Source: Salisapilia sapeloensis CBS 127946 (lineage: Eukaryota > Protista > Oomycota). From it: a stretch of DNA of 64,000 nt. This document shows, one piece after another, positions 1 to 10,346 of this stretch. The position numbers were made by a program, and so were the translations under genes. The stretch lies in assembly GCA_023334545.1 (NCBI GenBank), contig JAADVB010000005.1:1-64000 (forward strand). The letters run 5' to 3'. Below the pieces are notes generated by a model. The model saw only the letters and a list, made by a program, of their open reading frames with translations. It searched no databases and was not told the origin of the DNA. How positions within the stretch are numbered: the first letter of the stretch is position 1; each line of letters begins with the position of its first letter.

Positions 1-25
1 AATATGCATCGATGTCTTCCAATAG

Positions 26-93
26 GAGTCGACTTTACGTTCAAGTTCAATTGGGCGGAACAGCTTGCCAGTGCTGCTGTAGACTCACCGTAG
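26..93 (+). CDS. Terminal exon of an oomycete multi-pass membrane protein family gene (paralogue of 18844..20695); the rest lies upstream of the window
   Basis: Acceptor tag at 23-25, then (G)VDFTFKFNWAEQLASAAVDSP-TAG. Nt 28-48 (GTCGACTTTACGTTCAAGTTC) are identical to 20630-20650, the last exon of the paralogue, in the same intron phase. Confidence 0.75.
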
Positions 94-994
94 TCTACAT
101 CTTTTCTGATCCACACAGGCGCAGAGTTACGTACATTTCCAGGTAAATTGTAGGCAAGTCCACCAAGAACAAGCTTAACTAGTAACAGAGTAAAAGAATT
201 TCTTCGCGTTCCTTTTGAGATAATGTACAAATAAAATTGTACCAAAGTTAGTCTCCAGTACTGCAGCCGAATATCTCATGAGAAGGCTCTCTTAGAGTGT
301 AATGTTCAGGCCTAAATGAGAATAAATATGCAGTAGATCAGCTTTACTGAATAATAGGAAAGATTTTCATTTGAAGATAGCTTCTTAGCGCGTTTCCACA
401 CGATGGAAACTAATTTATTCATTCGATAGCGTTGTGATGTTAGAGGATGTAAATGCTACATCCAAGATCCTGTACGATGCGTTGCGTATAATGTTGGAGT
501 GTACTAAATGGTATCGTGCAGACACTCATACACTCGAAGCCGTTCGTCAGAAGATGAGGCTAAAAGCTGGTGATATAAATGTGCTTAGGTAAAAGTTTGA
601 TGGTGAATGTCATTGTCAAGCAAGACCTTGAATACTAGCCCAATGCTATAAAAGCCTGGTTTGACCTAGAAGTGGACTTTGATCGTAGGCTGGAATGATA
701 TGGATTATGTGGATATACTCGAAAATGAAAAATGATCAAGGTACTATAAATACAGTAGTTGACGTATTCGCGAAAGAGCTTTTGGCAAAAAGGCAGTCCA
801 GCAAGTGAAGAAGAGCAAGCAGCCATGAATGCAACTTCTTGGAGTACCATTGATAAGATGGTGATCAAATCAAGGCCCCGATCGGGCGAAGTAGACTTAG
901 GAAAGATAGATTACGGTTTAAAAAAATTAAAAACCTGCTTCATTTATTAATTCAAGTTCAACATGGTAATACTTTTGCGCATAAAGGTGCTTCT

Positions 995-1504
995 TCATCT
1001 TCGAACAACACGTGAAAGTGCTTGGTTTGTCGTGACGTATCGTTGACTGCAAATCCTCTCCTCACGAGACTTCGAGATTTCATAAGATTTGATTCTGTCT
1101 TCATGTCGAGATTTCATGGCCATCTCCGCTTCACGTGCACCGATCATGTACGATGCTGGAATATATTTTTCCTTTTCAAGTTTGTTCCCTTCTTTCTGTA
1201 TCCCATGATCAAATAAAAGGTTATACGAGAGTCCATTTCGGTATTGATTTCTATCCATGAGGTCAATAAGACGCTCAGGCTGGACCTCGGCTTGCTTCAT
1301 GCTTGATGGATGAATATAATTTCCAGTCATCTCCGAGTGCTTGAGAATAGGACGAGAAGTGCTTGCTTTTGCTAACATCCCGCCAAAAGTATCTTCAACG
1401 TAGTTTCCCATCTTGACACCAGTGGAATACGAGTTCTTATGTCCACAGAGTCCATAGCCACCTTCCATGTTGCGTCCACAAGAGTAAATTGGAAATGAGC
1501 TCAT
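995..1504 (-). CDS. Putative flagellar microtubule inner protein (NWE/GNW-motif family, CFAP107/CFAP68-like)
   Basis: 169-aa ATG-started ORF. YSTGVKMGNYVED resembles the Y-x4-GN(W)xE(E/D) motif of axonemal inner proteins, followed by a LLFDHG motif and a charged tail. Confidence 0.5.
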   Translation of the reverse strand: MSSFPIYSCGRNMEGGYGLCGHKNSYSTGVKMGNYVEDTFGGMLAKASTSRPILKHSEMTGNYIHPSSMKQAEVQPERLIDLMDRNQYRNGLSYNLLFDHGIQKEGNKLEKEKYIPASYMIGAREAEMAMKSRHEDRIKSYEISKSREERICSQRYVTTNQALSRVVRR

Positions 1505-1660
1505 TCATGTGCAAAAGAGACTCATCTTAGCTATCTTACCTTCTTTTGCAGCTATTCCTGTCACAAAGACCCAACGGATACCTAAAGAATCGTATTAATG
1601 AACTAAGACTTGATCTATTTTGTCTAGTATTCGATAACAAAACTACAGACAAGTCTACGA

Positions 1661-2850
1661 TCATAATCCTGCTGACGTCCCAGGTGACGTGCTTTTCTTG
1701 GTAAGGATCTCAGGAATGCGAGCTAGTGCGCGGTATTCTCCGCCTAGAGCGAACATCAGCTCCTTCCACAGTTTCTCGGGTGGATTGACAGCGAGGCTTA
1801 AAGGAGCTTGCACAGGAATCCACCACCCGTGACGAATCTCCCGCTCTAACTGACCTAGACTCCATAATGACGTGCCTTTAAAGAACATGAGGTCGGACGC
1901 TTGCGCTTTCCCCTGATCAACTAATGTACTCGCTGCCTCCAAATTCGCATAACTGAATAACTGATCCTCTTCTTTTGTCTCGAAATTGCCACTCAACACT
2001 TTGGAACCACCAAACTCTGGTGTACTATGTAGTACCTATAAAAAGAAACTTAGAATATAACGTGTGTATATGCGTGTATAGGATACCATACCTCTGCATC
2101 TTGGATGTACACAGGACCTCCGAAGCGTAGGTTATTTGATCCAAAGACGCGTCGGCTATGGTCACTCATGGTATAGGTCCTTGTAAGTGGCTCTTTCAGA
2201 GGCTTGTTAACGATATATCCTTTCGTGTGCGACGGAGATGAAGCAGAAGGAGCTCCAGATGCACTGTGGCGAATCAGTGCAACGACAGAACGGCTGAAAG
2301 TGCCTTCTACGAGAGGGTGGGCTAGTAAGAAGATGCCGGATCGAAGCTCATCGGTCAATTGGACACGCTCCACCAGTTCTTGGCGACGCTTGTCATCTAC
2401 ATCTAGAGATTCTTTCTTTCCAGTCTCACTTGTGCTATCACCTGTATGGTCCGAAATTGCACGACGAATATCGTCTTCATTGTCATCGAATAGTCCAAGT
2501 TCTTTGGCGTACGCGAGCCGATCGCTAAGCTCTCGTACTGCCACTAGTGCTGTATCGACAGTATTGCTCGCATCATCCTCGCTGCAAACTCTTGCTTTCT
2601 GTCTTATTACATCCGATACACTCAAGCGGCTACTTGATGGAATGTACATGAGTCGATGTTGCAAGTATTCGAGCAACCCTCGATTGTACGCATCCAAATG
2701 AGGTGCTCGGTTTTGCGTTTGCGACGGGTCGGACGTACCATCAACACGACGAAGCATAGTGGAGGAGATGAGACCTTTCAAAGGTGCATGACGATCGAAT
2801 TCTTTTGCTAAGAAGAGCAATTCGCGATACGCTACACGACCTAGACTCAT
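1661..2850 (-). CDS. DUF179/AlgH/YqgE-family protein with an N-terminal LYR-like motif (2 exons)
   Basis: Motifs LLAHPL..FSRSVV, YIVNKP, FGGPV and FFKGTSLWSLGQLEREIRHGWW. A GT-AG intron at 2036-2091 joins the two track ORFs in frame (..QDAE|VLHSTPEFGGSKVLSG..). Confidence 0.85.
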
Positions 2851-4250
2851 CCTACGTTTTGTGCTGTCGTGTTTCTGGTGATGTCGAGAGCTTGCGCATT
2901 TGGTATCGTCTCACACTTGGCAACTTGGAAGAGATACTCTAGATGATAAGAATATACAAGTTTGTGGCTTTGCAGTCGGGTATGCAGGCATAGATATATG
3001 ACAGAGGAACTATATAGAGGCGTTAGAGCGCTTTATGGACAGCTTGATGTTGTTGACAAGGAGGAAGAGAGATGTTGGCAAATGACTTTAGTGGATGAAG
3101 ATTGGAACGTATTTTTGTCGGTCTATCAACTTGTACAAGTGCGGGGACGGAGGCCTCGACATGACAATGAATGCAGCGAGTAGCTACGAATGGAATTTTA
3201 AAGTAGAGTATTTAGTTGAATGCGATCGAAGAGCTACCTAAATTTATCTTCTATGCCTGTCGTATATGTCCTCTGTTTTGAAGTAGAAGTAGAAGGGATA
3301 AAAGCAAATGCATACATATGAAAGTCTGGCACTGCGCTCAAATGAAGGGCGATTAAAATTTTGAAAGATGCTGAAGAGCATGTTGCCCATGTGTATGACT
3401 TTGCTATTCCGAAAAAGTAATTCACAGGTGGCTAAACGCACTTCCAGTTCATATACTGGAAAGTATACCTAAACAGCTAGAGCATAAAAGACTACTTCAT
3501 TGAATGCCTGGAAAAGTAGACTCTTTATGCGATCGACACTTTATTGTGTTCTTTGAAAAGTCTACGAAACAAAATGTGACTAATTACTGAACCTTGGGAA
3601 TGACGGCGTCAGGTAGAAGCTTCATACTTCTCGCATACCTCTGCTATGACACAACTGATAAAATCCTACATTGAAAACATGTTGTAACATGTAGACGAAC
3701 CCTTCAGCTGACGGTTCAATAGCTTTTGCATCTTCAAAGGATGAAACGGTAAGGCTAGATTTAAATCCTTCTATCGCTAAAAGAACATGCACCTGTTGGA
3801 AACCATTTCGTATTAAGTATGCTTCAGTGAGACTTTAAGTAGATTGTGCGAGGGATCGTGAAATGGTTAATTTCTTGACCATTACATCTAGTTAGATCTC
3901 CGACATCCCATTTATCTTCCACCCCTTCAGGTCGCGTCATATGCGACGGTTCATTGAAATAAGCTTTCGATCGCCGCCTCTAGCAGCGATGTGAATCGGA
4001 GACCCTGACCAGGCTCTTTTAAAGGTATACGAATCTTAAATTGGGTAATAGATATTTGAGCGGGACGTGCGTTTTATTTTTCCCAACGGATTATTCGCGG
4101 ACTATGATCAGCGATCCTGTCTGTACCGACGCAGCATGTGGAGCAGGAATGCACCTTTGGTAGCACCCCAAGTGTCCGAAAGATCATTCAACAACTTTCC
4201 TCCAGCAGCACAAGCTACAAACCAACTACTCTACTTTCTACAAGTCTACC

Positions 4251-5561
4251 ATGCGAATCCAATCAAGCGTCACGTTCATGTCAATGATCTTGGGTAGCAT
4301 GACCCATTTCATCCCAACTGCCTACGCCAATGTGGAAGACATCGACGAATGTACTCTACTTACCTCCGACGAAGAATATGCCGGAGGGGTCACTGCGGTG
4401 TACGACAGTTTCTGTCTTGTAAGCCCTGACGACATTGGTTGCTTTGAGTCGAGTTGCCGTCGATGTGTATATGATGAAACACTGGGCAATTCACTAGACT
4501 ACTACACTTGTGATGAGCTCAGCGACAGTCATGACGAAAAGTGTGATGCCAACGTACCATCTGGAGATAGGAGCGTTGGCATTTCGGCTCAGTACGATGA
4601 AGGTTGCACGGAGTTTGGTGGAATTGGATGCTTCCCCGCTGCGGGCAACCATACGAACTGCCGATTCTGCGCCGAAAAGCTTACACCGCAGAGTCAACAT
4701 CTCTTCCTATGTAATGACGTCGAATACAACGTGACCAGTAACGTAACCAGCCGATGGATTGGAGACGAAGAAGCTGTATGCACTGAGCTCGTTTCGGATG
4801 GTGATCGTGCGAACGGCATTGATGCATACTATGACCACGAGTGTGTCGTAAAGGGAGGACTTGGCTGCTCCGAATCGATCGCGACTGCTGGTTGCAGATA
4901 CTGCAAGACAGACAACACTACCGAAAGTGAGCAATTCTTCTCCTGTGACCGCCTTGTCAATGCCTCGACGGTAACTATGCAGCAAGATGCCTGTGGTGCA
5001 CTCGTGTCCTTGTACGGCAAAAGTGTTGGTGTTTCGGCGCAAGTAGACGATGATTGCGCAGACAGTGAGGATTCTGCTTGCTTTAATGACATGTCAGCTG
5101 ACGACGAGAACCTCAGTTGCCGCTACTGCCAATACGAGAAGACCCATCAAAGCAGCCACCTCGACGTCTGTGCGGTGCGCGAGACGTACTTCAGCTATTG
5201 CACACGTATCGTAGGCCCCGGAGATCGAGCGGCTGGCATCAACGCATACTTGGATCTTAGCTGTGAATCCGAAGGACTTGGATGCTTCCCGAACATGAAC
5301 TGCCGCTACTGCCGTGAAGCAGGAGAAAATGAGCTCAACAGCCACTTGGATGAATGCCCACGCGAATGTGACAACCTTATGGAAGCTGGTGATGCGCGAG
5401 CTATGCTCTACGCAGTGGATGAAGAGTGTCTCCTCGATGAGCTGGAGAATATCTCTGGATGCCAGTCAGGAACTTCGTGTCGCATGTGTAAGACGCGTGA
5501 TGACGGGAGCGAGGATGACTACCCGTTCTGCCAAGATTTGGCTACTGTTTCGACGATGTAA
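4251..5561 (+). CDS. Secreted acidic Cys-rich protein with six ~60-70 aa six-cysteine repeats
   Basis: 436-aa ORF with a hydrophobic N-terminus (..FIPTAYA), no C-terminal TM segment and several N-glycosylation sequons. Repeat consensus is about C-x4-V-x2-GD-x3-G(I/V)-x-A-x2-D-x2-C-x3-GG-x-GC-xn-CR-x-C-x7-S-x5-C. Confidence 0.85.
   Translation: MRIQSSVTFMSMILGSMTHFIPTAYANVEDIDECTLLTSDEEYAGGVTAVYDSFCLVSPDDIGCFESSCRRCVYDETLGNSLDYYTCDELSDSHDEKCDANVPSGDRSVGISAQYDEGCTEFGGIGCFPAAGNHTNCRFCAEKLTPQSQHLFLCNDVEYNVTSNVTSRWIGDEEAVCTELVSDGDRANGIDAYYDHECVVKGGLGCSESIATAGCRYCKTDNTTESEQFFSCDRLVNASTVTMQQDACGALVSLYGKSVGVSAQVDDDCADSEDSACFNDMSADDENLSCRYCQYEKTHQSSHLDVCAVRETYFSYCTRIVGPGDRAAGINAYLDLSCESEGLGCFPNMNCRYCREAGENELNSHLDECPRECDNLMEAGDARAMLYAVDEECLLDELENISGCQSGTSCRMCKTRDDGSEDDYPFCQDLATVSTM
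4350..5531 (+). repeat. Six tandem protein-level Cys-rich repeats
   Basis: Units start at CTLLTSD, CDANVPSGD, CTELVSDGD, CGALVSLYG, CTRIVGPGD and CDNLMEAGD. Each has six Cys and a CR(x)C core. Confidence 0.85.
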
Positions 5562-5754
5562 GCGCCTAGCGAATAAGGTGGCAGTACAGTTCAAGCTCTA
5601 CTGCTTTCAGCTACAACCATCGCACACAACATTCCTACCATTTACGAGTTAAGAAAAATAAAAACAAAACTTTAATGTTTTACTTCAAGTCTCATCAGCC
5701 TGCATATATGCTTCAGATTGGATCTTTCATAACTTTTACCGCGATGCTCTCTCT

Positions 5755-7658
5755 CTAAGATTGATAGAAGCACTCTAGGATTTGTTCAGCGACGAGATCA
5801 CTACCTCTCACAGGTCTCAAAACTTCATTTGCAGCACAGTCTCTCCACGGGATCATCGTCGCTAGTGCTACTGCTAATTTCTCCTTTTCTGGAGCTGAGC
5901 GTTCCTTTTGCTCACATAATTTCCTAGCCATTTTTTACTCGTCACATCCTTTTACATCGGTTATTAATTATCATACCATAATGCATCCGAGACCTCCGCT
6001 TCTTTGCATTGCTGAAAAAGCAACTCTGGTATGATCTCTCTAAAATGTTCAGAAGTTACGGAGATGATAAACTATGAAGATCGCAATGTTTTACCTTCCA
6101 AGTAAGAGATTAGGAAGAGATACGAAGCGTACAGCAGCGAGTCGTCGAGCAATGATCTCTGTCAGACGATTGGCACGGTAAATTACTAATGTGGGAAGTC
6201 CAGCCAGACTAGTTTCTACGACAATGGTGCCGGATACGGCAACAGCGGCATCACATGACTAGATTAAATTAGTTGTAGCTATCTTTGAAAAATGCTTACT
6301 TGCTAGAAAATTACGAGGACACTTCGTACCTTGAACAAGTGATGGCGATCCGATGGTGACATGTCCGAAACGACCGTGTACTCAATGTTTTCTAACATAT
6401 CCATCTGGTCTTCGATGATTTTAGAGAGATGAGATACCGTTGGGATGACAAGACGTATCTAAATAATGATTGTTTAGGTTAACATCTAAATTCTTTTAAA
6501 ACCAAAGTACCTTTCCGCCAAGACCTGCATTCTGTTGACTCTGAATTCGCCGAATCGCATCCAACACAACGGGCAAAGACTTTTGCACTTCATTCTCTCG
6601 ACTACCAACGAGTATACATATATGGAGACCGTCTTCTTTAAAGCCGAATCTTTTCCGAAGAACTCGTTTTTCTAGTACACTACGACCATTTGACATGATA
6701 TCATACAGCATGGCCGAGTTCGCCTGAGCTGCTTTTGTATCAGTCTGATATTTCCGTACAAGAGCGTCTTCACCTAATTCAATTGGCGATTTGCTACTTG
6801 ATTCTAGCCCATCGGTTCCTATTGCCTCATTAAACAGACCATATAAATCCAAAATTTCTTCCACAGCAGGATGGCCTACGAACGTCGCCCACTGTCTTTG
6901 AATGGAGCTCGTAGTATTCTGATGGAATATACAAGGCTCGAATGGAAGCAAGCAAAACATTCGATGTACTAGAGACGCTAACCCGTCTTGCTTCTTGCCA
7001 TGACGATGCTTGTATGCCCATGCCGACGGTGCGACATAGTGCATGCGTGTGACCGAGTGCTTTAGCTGTGAATCACTAGCCAGGGCGCGAAGAACACGAA
7101 AGCAAAACCCTTTAGAGTCGATAGTAAGAATGACGTCTGGCTGGTGCTTGGAAATGTCATCTATAGTCTCTTGTAGCCGGCGCTATCACACAGATGAATA
7201 CTAGTCACTTCAGACATACTATGAAAAAGCCGTACTCGGAAACGCCACATGGACGGAAGAACTTCGACTAGGCCCATGACAGACAAGTCTGTCATCGGAA
7301 AAAGTGAACTGAAGTTCCCGTCTGCTGTCATTCGAGGTCTATCTCCGCACATTTTGTTACTTTTTGCAACGAACAGACGGGCAAGCTAGATGTCGTACCC
7401 GCCAATGCCATGGAAAGAGATGTTCTGTGCCCTGGGATCACCATCCTCTTTCTTACGCTTGAGTGCTTCTATCACCTTGGCACCAATGGCATCTCCTGAT
7501 GACTCACCAGCCACCAAATAAACTTTGCGCTTCATGCACTCGTCCGAAAAAGACCTGCTCCGTCCTTGATGACTTCCAAGCTCCCTGTAAACCAGTGGAT
7601 AACCTTTTCCAGAGAGTATCCTTCTCCTTGTACGCAAAAGAGACCGACAATGCATCAT
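5755..7658 (-). CDS. lpxB: Lipid-A-disaccharide synthase (LpxB, GT19), multi-exon, with a probable mitochondrial presequence
   Basis: The spliced product contains VAGESSGD, GIG|GPRM, LSVMGLVEVL, TIDSKGF, HYVAPSAWAY, LLPFEP, FVGHP, LVGSRENEV, SGTIVVETSLAGLP and VSLPNLLL. GT-AG introns restore the frame down to the TAG at 5755-5757. The N-terminus is Arg-rich and almost free of acidic residues. Confidence 0.92.
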
Positions 7659-8102
7659 GATTGTCCTGCACGCGCTTTTCGTTGTTAGCTGGTTTTTTGC
7701 ATACTCAGTTCCAGTCTATCTCGTTTTTCAACTTACTAGATTTAAGTATATTCGAGTCATTGATAAAGAGTGTACTTCAGAGTGATTGCGAAGGCTTGGC
7801 TTCGATAAAGACATTCTCGCCACCATGGCACCTTTATATGACATGTTATATCTGTTTTACACTAGTATTCTATGCTCCTTCAGCTCTGTATCTATCGAAG
7901 AATAGAAAGAAGTTTTAACTGCATCAATCATGCTATTGATTTCCATGTCTACCCTGAAGATGTAGCTACAACAGTTGCAAACGTAGACCCTGTTCGAGTT
8001 GATCTCCATCTCGTCCTTCTACACCACTCAAACAACGCGCTCTCCATATCTTTCCCAAGAGTCATCTCGGACAAAAAGCCAAAACAGTCTTTATTCCCGA
8101 GT

Positions 8103-10346
8103 CTACAGTTCCTTGATCTTGGTCTCCACGACCTGCTTGACGGTCGCGTCTTCCACGGACAGAACCATGTCATCCAACACCTTCCTCCTATCAGCCAACT
8201 TCTTGTCCATCTCCTCATTCTTCTCACACTTTTGTGCACGAATCAAGGCTTGAAGACAAAGCAAAACCTTGTTCTTACGCTTCGCCACGTCAAAGGCCGC
8301 AACGTGTGTACGAACGTCATTCGGAGCATACTCCTGTAGAATCGTCACATACCGCCACGCTTCTTCCATTGCCGGTTTCTTGACCAGTTCCTCACCATTG
8401 GGGTCCTCATCCTTACTCTTTTTCCCATTCTTCACCGGCTGCTCCGTCGTGCCTTCCGCCTTGCGCTTAAACTCCGCCTTCCGCGCCTTGGCCTTCTCTC
8501 GCTTCTGCTTCTTCTTCTCCGCCGCAGACATCTGCGGCTTCACCGTTCCATTCACCTTATCTTCCGGTGCAGCCGAAAGCTCCAAGTACGCTTGGACGGC
8601 ACCTAGGGCAGCATCGACAAAGAATGCATAGCCGTAGATCGAATCAATGTGACGTAGCAACTGGACGTACGCCCGCAACGTCAGCTTACGAATACAGTAT
8701 GTATGGAAGTCAAATTGGTCTTCGACAAAGTCACTAAAGTGCTTTTCAATCGTCGCGAAACGTTTCAACGCGAGACCGTATTGCTGTTGACGCAAGTGAC
8801 TCTGACCATCCGCGAGTTCGTACCAGAGACACTGCATGTCAACGATATTCTGCTGCGGATCACCTTCATGCTTCGTGAAGAGTGCAATCGTTTCTTCCGC
8901 ACGAGACGTTTCATCAGCCTTGAGCAAGTACTTGGTCGTCTTGTTATTGATATAACGATCGGCAAGGTCGAGTTTTCGTGCCTTGTCAACCACTTCCGCA
9001 GCTTCTGACAGTTTGCCCTGGTGCTTCAGGATGCGTCCCTTGCGCTGGACAAAGTCAAGTTCGTTCGGGTCCTGTTCAATGCATTTTTCAATGTACGACA
9101 AGGCCTTATCCTGTTGCTGAACACGGTCAAAGTGTTGCGCTGCGAGGTAGTTAGCCCACAAGAGGACCTTGTCAGGGTTCAAACTCTTCGAGCTCGTCGT
9201 CTCCCAGATTAGTTTCTTGCTTTCGAGCGTCGAAAGGAAGGACAGGAGTGTCTTTTCGATCTGACTCGCCTTGTCCTTGTCCTGATACAGAGCCTTAATG
9301 TCTGATCCAAGGGACGGAATGCCAAACGTCAGCTGACGCTTTAAAAAGAGCTCGAGACGCTCGTTGAAAGCTTCGCCGGACGTGAAGTCTAGGGAAAGAC
9401 GGAGACTGGGTACGGCTTTAGCGCTTTCAAGCGACTCACGAGCGTTGTCGTAGAACTCCAGGAGCTTCGACACGTCCTCTGATTCGTTGATAGAGGAAGA
9501 CGGGAGGGTTCGGCCGGTCGTGCCGGATGCCAAGAGCTCTGGTTTGCCTACCAAGTACGCCTGCACGAGTCGATGGACTTCGTAATTGTCAAAGTTGATG
9601 TCTAGTAGCTCATCAATTACTTCCTTGGCTTCGTCCGACCTGTTCAAGTGGAGCAAGAATGTCGCTTTCTTGATTCGATACGCGAGCGTGTCCGTGATCA
9701 TTGGCTTGTGGTCCTCCAGATGCTGCAAAGCACGACTGTACTCGCCACTCTCCTCGATAATCTGATTCGCATACAAGTACACTTCACTATCTTCGTAATT
9801 GGCTTCTCGTCCCTTTTCCAACGTCCCAAGATACTTTTCGAGAATGTCCACGGCCATCTTATAGTTCCCGAGGAGATGATGGGCAATCGCGAATCCAATC
9901 CAATTGTTACGATTGTTCGGCTTCAACGTCAACAGCGATCGACGTGTCTCGGCGAATCCCTTGAGGTCACGACGTTGGATCTGAAGGAGGTACAAGTCAC
10001 GCAGGATCTGAAGATTTTCAGGGTCGATACGAAGGGCGTTGCGATAACACTTGGTCGCTTCCGCATAGTTCCGGTCCGATCGATAGAGCAGACCAAATAC
10101 GTGCCAACAGACGTGAGACTTTAAGTCGTGACGAAGACCTAGCTTGACGAGTTCATACGCCTCTTCCTTCCGGTCGAGACAGTTGAGCGTCAAACCCTTC
10201 ATCGCGAGCGTCTCGCCATGCTCTGGGTGTTTCCTCAAGATCTGGTCAGCCGCCTTGAGCCCTTTCTTGTACTGTTTCACCTCATAGCACTTGACGATGG
10301 AGCGGAAGAGCGCACTCTCCTTGCTCGGCAGTTGCTTGGTCGCCAT
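8103..10346 (-). CDS. NAA15: N-alpha-acetyltransferase NatA auxiliary subunit (NAA15/NARG1)
   Basis: LPSKESALFRSIVKCYEVKQYKKGLK, SHVCWHVFGLLYRS, TPR repeats, LDLADRYINNK and EDQFDFHTYCIRK. First ATG is at 10346 (the track start at 10376 is TTG). Intronless. Confidence 0.96.
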   Translation of the reverse strand: MATKQLPSKESALFRSIVKCYEVKQYKKGLKAADQILRKHPEHGETLAMKGLTLNCLDRKEEAYELVKLGLRHDLKSHVCWHVFGLLYRSDRNYAEATKCYRNALRIDPENLQILRDLYLLQIQRRDLKGFAETRRSLLTLKPNNRNNWIGFAIAHHLLGNYKMAVDILEKYLGTLEKGREANYEDSEVYLYANQIIEESGEYSRALQHLEDHKPMITDTLAYRIKKATFLLHLNRSDEAKEVIDELLDINFDNYEVHRLVQAYLVGKPELLASGTTGRTLPSSSINESEDVSKLLEFYDNARESLESAKAVPSLRLSLDFTSGEAFNERLELFLKRQLTFGIPSLGSDIKALYQDKDKASQIEKTLLSFLSTLESKKLIWETTSSKSLNPDKVLLWANYLAAQHFDRVQQQDKALSYIEKCIEQDPNELDFVQRKGRILKHQGKLSEAAEVVDKARKLDLADRYINNKTTKYLLKADETSRAEETIALFTKHEGDPQQNIVDMQCLWYELADGQSHLRQQQYGLALKRFATIEKHFSDFVEDQFDFHTYCIRKLTLRAYVQLLRHIDSIYGYAFFVDAALGAVQAYLELSAAPEDKVNGTVKPQMSAAEKKKQKREKAKARKAEFKRKAEGTTEQPVKNGKKSKDEDPNGEELVKKPAMEEAWRYVTILQEYAPNDVRTHVAAFDVAKRKNKVLLCLQALIRAQKCEKNEEMDKKLADRRKVLDDMVLSVEDATVKQVVETKIKEL

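Noticed and set aside
2204-2701. 165-aa plus-strand Ser-rich ORF
   Set aside because: Antisense shadow of the DUF179 gene.
4184-4200. INR/FPR-like TCATTCAACAACTTTCC upstream of the Cys-rich gene (similar at 17465-17481)
   Set aside because: Only a partial match to the consensus, so not listed as a feature.
5755-7658. LpxB as bacterial contamination or a recent HGT island
   Set aside because: The gene has multiple spliceosomal introns, a eukaryotic targeting leader and eukaryotic neighbours.
7870-8060. Minus-strand MEINSNRVYVCNCCSY zinc-ribbon-like peptide (RPB9/RPA12-like)
   Set aside because: It has only one CxxC, the upstream FCPR is interrupted by a stop in another frame, and it lies in the NAA15 3'/LpxB promoter interval. 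Probably chance.
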